Origin: a virus
Lineage: Duplodnaviria > Caudoviricetes
Reading direction: 5' to 3' (one strand)
IMG/VR virus record: IMGVR_UViG_3300044617_001342
Location: 1 to 52,749 of that record
DNA: 52,749 nt
Below are positions 48,119 to 52,749 of this stretch, piece by piece. Below the pieces are notes generated by a model. The model did no database searches. It was given only the letters and a program-made list of their open reading frames with translations, and was not told where the DNA came from. The translations under genes and the position numbers were made by a program. Position 1 is the first letter of the stretch. Every line of letters starts with the position of its first letter.

Positions 48119-49531
48119 ATGCATAATCAAGAAAATTTAGAAGAAGGATACTTTGGAGATTTAGCAAAGAATATTATAGGAAGACCAGTCTATGCCAAAG
48201 CTTCAAAGGTTGCACAAAAAGCTTCTGATTATGTTCGTGCTGCAGCCGATAAATTAAGTGGCGTTTCTCAATCATTGGGAAAAAAACCAGAAATATTATC
48301 ACCCACAAAATCTTGGCGAGTTCCAACAGATGCCGAAGAAGGACGTAGGCAGGTTGCAGAACATCACGCCCGTACTGCGTATTTCTTAGTACCCGAAATA
48401 CAAAAACATGCAAAACGTGCTGATTGGGAAATGGCATATGCAAACAGAACGTCAATTCCAACTCCCAGACAAATAGAAGAAATTCGTGATGATTTAACCA
48501 AACAAAGAACAGAGACAGCAGGAAAGAAAAAACCAAAGGCAGTAACTGACAGGGATATTCAAAAAGCATGGGAAGAAAAAGCTAAGCCGCAACAACAAAA
48601 ACAAGCAGTAATTTCATCATTGCTTGGTAGAGCCCATAATCTTCTTTCGGGATCTGTATTGAATGCCATAGATTCTGTATACGAAGGAAAACCATCTCAT
48701 TCAGGTGTTCATTTGAATACAGGTTTTAGTGGAAATTTTGCAGATAAAGATCATATAGGTGTTCAGTATGCAAAAGCATGGGAATCTGCAGGTGAAGCCC
48801 AAGCCTCAATGCCTAAACCAGAAGATCTGTTTGGAGAGCATACTCACCATGTAGGAGAAGGACATGAGTGGATTATTCATAAAGATAATATTGGTGACAG
48901 TCTTGCCAAAGATGTTGCAAAAGCAAACAAACAAGCAAGAGCAGCATATGCAGATGCCGTAAAAATTGCTACAGGCCATGTGGAAAATTTAAACGCAAGA
49001 AGAGCCGAACAAAGAGCAACCAATGCTGCGGGGACACAACTTAAATTGGTTGAGGCATATAATAATCACCATGTAAAATTGGACTACGGGATGATCTACG
49101 GTGGATTTCCCAGCAAAAAATCAAAATTTTTAACTGAAGTAGCGGATACCGGTGATGGCGGACTGCAGCCCGGAAATCCTAACCAACCAAATATCCCAGT
49201 TCCACCACCCGGTGGAGACTACCCACACCCACCCGGATTACCTGCGTTCTGGTATAGACCCGGAACTGGTATTGGATTTAATGGTGACAGCGAAATGCCC
49301 GGCACCCCACCCGGACCAAATGATCCTCGTTGGAGGGAATGGGATAGACAATGGCAAGAAAGTAATCCTAAACCTACAAGACAACCTAATGAATCTGATA
49401 AAGATTTTAGAAAAAGAGTAGATGATTATCGTAAGTTATTGGAACAATATAGAATTTGGAAATACCAATACTTAAAATGGTGGCAACGAACTTATGGCCC
49501 AAATGCTAATCCGCAACAACCAACTGTATAA
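48119..49531 (+). CDS. Hypothetical late protein with Pro/Trp-rich C-terminus
   Basis: TATAAATA 48079-48086; LEE, LVE, YGGFP..FLTE sites. Confidence 0.65.
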   Translation: MHNQENLEEGYFGDLAKNIIGRPVYAKASKVAQKASDYVRAAADKLSGVSQSLGKKPEILSPTKSWRVPTDAEEGRRQVAEHHARTAYFLVPEIQKHAKRADWEMAYANRTSIPTPRQIEEIRDDLTKQRTETAGKKKPKAVTDRDIQKAWEEKAKPQQQKQAVISSLLGRAHNLLSGSVLNAIDSVYEGKPSHSGVHLNTGFSGNFADKDHIGVQYAKAWESAGEAQASMPKPEDLFGEHTHHVGEGHEWIIHKDNIGDSLAKDVAKANKQARAAYADAVKIATGHVENLNARRAEQRATNAAGTQLKLVEAYNNHHVKLDYGMIYGGFPSKKSKFLTEVADTGDGGLQPGNPNQPNIPVPPPGGDYPHPPGLPAFWYRPGTGIGFNGDSEMPGTPPGPNDPRWREWDRQWQESNPKPTRQPNESDKDFRKRVDDYRKLLEQYRIWKYQYLKWWQRTYGPNANPQQPTV

Positions 49532-49536
49532 TTAAA

Positions 49537-49941
49537 ATGAAAAGTTTTAAACAATTTTTAATTGAATCAACCGATCTCTACGAAGAGAAAGATGCCTGCT
49601 ACTACAAGATCATGAAGTCATACGGCAAGTGGTCAGCAAGAGCAGCCCAAGCCACCGCCAAGTGCCGTAAGGGCAAAGGAAAGGTGCGTAAGAGCAAAGA
49701 AGGGGCTAACCTTAAGCGTTGGGGGGCAGAGAAGTGGAAGGACACCAAGTCAGGTAAAGCCTGTGGTGCAGGAGGCAAGAATGAGTATTGCAGACCCACA
49801 AAGCGAGTCAGCAAAGAAACCCCCAAGACAGCCAGCGAGATGTCATCAAAAGAATTGAAGAGCAAGAAGGCCGAGAAGTCAAGAGTCGGAATGCATGGGG
49901 CATCAGGAAAGAAAGTTTCCCCAACAAAGAGAAAACAATGA
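49537..49941 (+). CDS. Basic Cys-containing protein with CTS-like leader
   Basis: MKSFKQFLIE; KDACY.K..W.SA.A..KCRK; LKRW..EKW.D..C.P.KRVS..TPKT. Confidence 0.7.
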   Translation: MKSFKQFLIESTDLYEEKDACYYKIMKSYGKWSARAAQATAKCRKGKGKVRKSKEGANLKRWGAEKWKDTKSGKACGAGGKNEYCRPTKRVSKETPKTASEMSSKELKSKKAEKSRVGMHGASGKKVSPTKRKQ

Positions 49942-50357
49942 ACCACATAACAAATTATTACAAAAATTTATGCGAACAACTAGAAGCCCAAATTAGATTT
50001 CTTGAAGAGAAGATCAAGGAAAAGAAACTTGACAAAGTGGGCAAAGAGGACAAAGATATCAACAATGATGGCAAGGTGAACAAGAGTGACAAGTATCTAG
50101 CCAATCGCCGTAAGAAAATAGCCATGGCAATGAAAAACAAGAAAATTGTCAAAGAGGCAACTTCTACGCAAGTAGAGGGAGATTACGAAGGAGAGATGGC
50201 AAGAGGGGAACTTGAGTACACAATTCAAAATGCTCAAGAAATTTTAAATTCTCTCAATGATGGGGATGAATTAGAAGCATGGGTACAGAGCAAAATCACC
50301 AAGGCTGCTGATTATATTTCTACAGTAAGAGATTACATGGCTGGTAGAAAAGGATAA
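49938..50357 (+). CDS. Late protein with MNHITNYYKN leader and T4-like head modules
   Basis: LDKVGKEDKDINNDG..YL.NRRK; EGEMA..LEAWVQSKITKAADY. Confidence 0.7.
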   Translation: MNHITNYYKNLCEQLEAQIRFLEEKIKEKKLDKVGKEDKDINNDGKVNKSDKYLANRRKKIAMAMKNKKIVKEATSTQVEGDYEGEMARGELEYTIQNAQEILNSLNDGDELEAWVQSKITKAADYISTVRDYMAGRKG

Positions 50358-50364
50358 GAAATAC

Positions 50365-50904
50365 TCAACGCTCCCAATAGACTGTCTCGCCTCTTTCGTA
50401 AAATTTTAAATTATTCTTGGATTCTTCTTTCACGAAGTGCTTATCCGTCACCGTGAAGTGATTATTGGGAACAAGGGCAAAGTAGCCACAGTCAAGCGTT
50501 ATCAGACTCAAGGGCTTGTGTTCGGCTGGGTAACGGGAATATCCATCCCCCCAGTCAATTATAATACCTGTATGTCTACCATTCAACCCCGTATGAAAGA
50601 CACTCACAGGTAGCCCTTCCAAGTAGGTTGTCATAAAAGTTTCAATATTATTGCCCATTCCACCCCAAGGTTGAATATTATTATTTTCGCCTGAATCAAA
50701 GACAGCAGTAGTGGACAAGGCACATAACGGAAGCCCAGACCAATGCGCACCAGATTCAAGAAGCACATGGCAACATATCAACTGACCCGGACGAGAATAC
50801 ACACCATGCCATATAGCAGGAGTATATCCATCAGGCATTTTAGGCCCAAGAAATGAATTTTTAACATTTACATAAAAATGGTATGGTAAAGAAACATTTC
50901 TCAT
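50365..50904 (-). CDS. Conserved phage hypothetical protein
   Basis: LESGAHWSGLPLCAL, EHK..LDCGYFALVPNN; TTGTCT-16-TATAAT at 50940-50913. Confidence 0.7.
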   Translation of the reverse strand: MRNVSLPYHFYVNVKNSFLGPKMPDGYTPAIWHGVYSRPGQLICCHVLLESGAHWSGLPLCALSTTAVFDSGENNNIQPWGGMGNNIETFMTTYLEGLPVSVFHTGLNGRHTGIIIDWGDGYSRYPAEHKPLSLITLDCGYFALVPNNHFTVTDKHFVKEESKNNLKFYERGETVYWER

Positions 50905-50961
50905 AGTATGTAATTATATACCATAATAGCAATAAGACAAGCAATCAATAAATATTATACC

Positions 50962-51153
50962 ATGAAGAAATTTAAAGAATTTTTAGAAGATTATGATGTA
51001 TATCTTGATATGCCCAAAAAGAAGAAAAAGAAAAGATCAAAGAAGAAGGCAAAGAAATATACATTACCATATTATGGGTTTAGTCTTTATGGATATAATA
51101 ACAATAATACAGATGGAGAGAGTGGTGGAGGAGATGGTGGTGGAGGAGAATGA
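50962..51153 (+). CDS. Small late protein with CTS-like leader, Lys tract and Gly tail
   Basis: AATAAATA 50947-50954; MKKFKEFLE. Confidence 0.6.
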   Translation: MKKFKEFLEDYDVYLDMPKKKKKKRSKKKAKKYTLPYYGFSLYGYNNNNTDGESGGGDGGGGE

Positions 51154-51849
51154 GTTTTGTGGGTAAAGATGGGGGAGAGTGGGAGTGTGTGGGGTAAAGA
51201 ATTTTTAAGAATATTTTGAAAGATTTGAGTTAGAGACCCACCCTCAAACACCCTCTAATCCCATCTATACGCCTCTATACGGCCTTCCAAGGCACAAAAC
51301 GACCCTAGAGACCTCCAATACAACCAAGAGCCTATAAAGGATCGTAGCCTGTCAAGCAATACTTGACAGGTTTTTAACAATTTTTAAGAAATTTTAGCAA
51401 TTTTTGAATCCCGTCCCTCTCAGGACCCTCAAACAATTACAATTTTATTAAATTATTGACAATCCGTGTACAATATCTCTCTATTGCGTTCTAGAGCTCC
51501 AACCAGTCCAGGTGTATCCAGTCCGCCTTTCTGGATCCCGTCCAGAGCTCTAGGGGACCTGCGTCCCATCCGTATCATGTCCAGGATCCCCCCTCTGTCA
51601 CCCCCCTGATAGTAGCCATTAATATTTTCAGGAATTTTTGAAACCCGTCCAGAATCCCGTCCGCTAATATTTTCAAATTTATTTGAAACTTTGAAGAGTC
51701 CGATAACCATGGCACCGGCCAGACCGATAACCGAGAGTCCGATAAGTATGGCCACGATAACCATAAACGTCCGATAACCCCCTGCCCACCCTCTCACGAT
51801 TATAGGACACAGGGGCTGGGGGGTTATCGGTCGCATGAACAGTCCTATA

Positions 51850-51877
51850 ACTATACACCAGATATGGGGGGAGTCAA
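51850..51877 (-). promoter_or_regulatory. sigma70-like promoter TTGACT-16-TATAGT firing into the repeat array
   Basis: Same geometry as the other 16-bp promoters. Confidence 0.6.
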
Positions 51878-52091
51878 GTAACTGACCACAAGTCCGATAA
51901 GCCGGCCAGAGCTAAGCACGCAGCTACCTGGATCCTGGTTCAGTGTTTAATTAAATTATTATTATTGTCCCAGAAGCGCTCGACGGCCTCTCGACAGCTC
52001 CAGGTAACGTCCCGTCCAATCTACTATCAGGCTGTCCGAATAAATCAAATTTCCTCGGAGGAAATTTGATAGTAGTCTAGGTACACAGCCA

Positions 52092-52123
52092 CCCAGGACT
52101 GGCTCTCTCCTTCCAGTCCTGGG
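52092..52123 (-). terminator. Hairpin downstream of the last gene
   Basis: CCCAGGACTGG-N10-CCAGTCCTGGG; no clear U-tract. Confidence 0.5.
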
Positions 52124-52149
52124 CGACCATGTATGAATTAAAAACGATC

Positions 52150-52749
52150 TTATCTGTCCCGGCGATCCCGGAACTTCATGCCCTCCGGGAAGCAGGGGAG
52201 TCCGTAGATCCCGGAGTCCATCTTGCGGATGGGCTGACCCGCCACGATGTCCACATACCGGGTGAGGAACACGCGGCTACCTGCCCGCTTGCCCATCGTC
52301 TTGATGAACTGGTTCTTCACCTTCGTGAAGTTACCTCCGGTGGCAATCGCCTCCTCGTCCTTGACGGGCTTCGGGGTCTGAATGAGGAAGTACGAATCGT
52401 AGCCGGGGAAGGTATCTTCGTGCAGGACGAGGCATCCCTCCTTGAACGCTTCCGCCGCAGCCTTGTACCGCTCCGAATCTCCAACGGTCACACCACCCTT
52501 GAAGTGATGGGAGATCGAATCGGCATTCTTCTGCTTCTCCTGTTCGCTCAAGCAGAACTGCTCAAAGCAGCGTTCCGTCAGGATACGAGTGGGCATCACA
52601 TACATTCCAACGCATCGGGCGTTCAACTTGGTGCGGAGGGAATTGAGCATGGCGTAGATGACACCATCGGGCAGATTCGTCCTGCCGTTCTTGTTGTCGA
52701 TGACGGTGACCGTATCAAGGATCTCGTTCGTCACGGTGAGGGAAGTACC
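52150..52749 (-). CDS. C-terminal part of a vWA/CobT-like protein (5'-truncated)
   Basis: LRTKLNARCVGMYV..GYDSYFLI..FIKTM..SRVFLTRYVDIVA resembles the T4-like CobS-partner protein; GC-rich codons. Confidence 0.55.
   Translation of the reverse strand, partial: GTSLTVTNEILDTVTVIDNKNGRTNLPDGVIYAMLNSLRTKLNARCVGMYVMPTRILTERCFEQFCLSEQEKQKNADSISHHFKGGVTVGDSERYKAAAEAFKEGCLVLHEDTFPGYDSYFLIQTPKPVKDEEAIATGGNFTKVKNQFIKTMGKRAGSRVFLTRYVDIVAGQPIRKMDSGIYGLPCFPEGMKFRDRRDR

Larger units (their letters stand above)
51154..52140. repeat. Repeat-rich non-coding control region (candidate origin or terminus)
   Basis: GTGGG x4 at 10-bp period, phased T-tracts, CCCGTCC x5, CCGATAA x5 plus variants, palindromes at 51348-51370 and 52044-52070. 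Confidence 0.7.

Noticed and set aside
51453-51836. 127-aa minus-strand ORF
   Set aside because: Runs through the CCGATAA/CCCGTCC repeat array and its sequence mirrors the repeats; probably spurious, though a promoter upstream means it cannot be fully excluded
51700-51900. CRISPR array
   Set aside because: Repeats are only 7-9 bp with 15-24 bp spacing; no 25-40 bp repeat/spacer structure and no cas genes
1-52749. Stop-codon reassignment
   Set aside because: Core genes are full length in the standard code; TAA, TGA and TAG all end genes, and there is no suppressor tRNA

Overview
A 52.7-kb segment of a large T4-like (Tevenvirinae/Kyanoviridae-type) myovirus genome in the standard genetic code. 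Order: tail-fibre genes (1-5.6 kb); dUTPase; an inverted, late-promoter-driven membrane (lysis-like) cassette; the replication and nucleotide block (DUF1599-like, gp43, uvsX, gp40, gp41, gp61, thyX, class II nrdJ); then a long mixed region. In that region, + strand late-promoter (TAAATA) genes carrying T4-like capsid-targeting leaders alternate with - strand sigma70-type operons. These operons hold four of the five tRNAs, a circularly permuted (two-piece) tmRNA, bS20-like and RMF-like small proteins, a SpoU methylase, GroES, an LpxH-like hydrolase and a PEP-CTERM-type protein. The window ends in a repeat-rich ~1 kb non-coding region (candidate origin) and a partial GC-rich gene. Most notable observations: (1) a translation-control locus built around a minimal permuted tmRNA; (2) a modular 'leader + cargo' family of probable capsid-packaged proteins; (3) twelve sigma70-like promoters that all have a 16-bp spacer, many leaderless, some fused back-to-back with late promoters; (4) a stand-alone late rod-shaped ncRNA; (5) VPAPG and GDxNGDGxVDGADLG motifs pointing to a Planctomycetota (Phycisphaerae) host. 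All family assignments come from motif recognition by eye; no searches were run.
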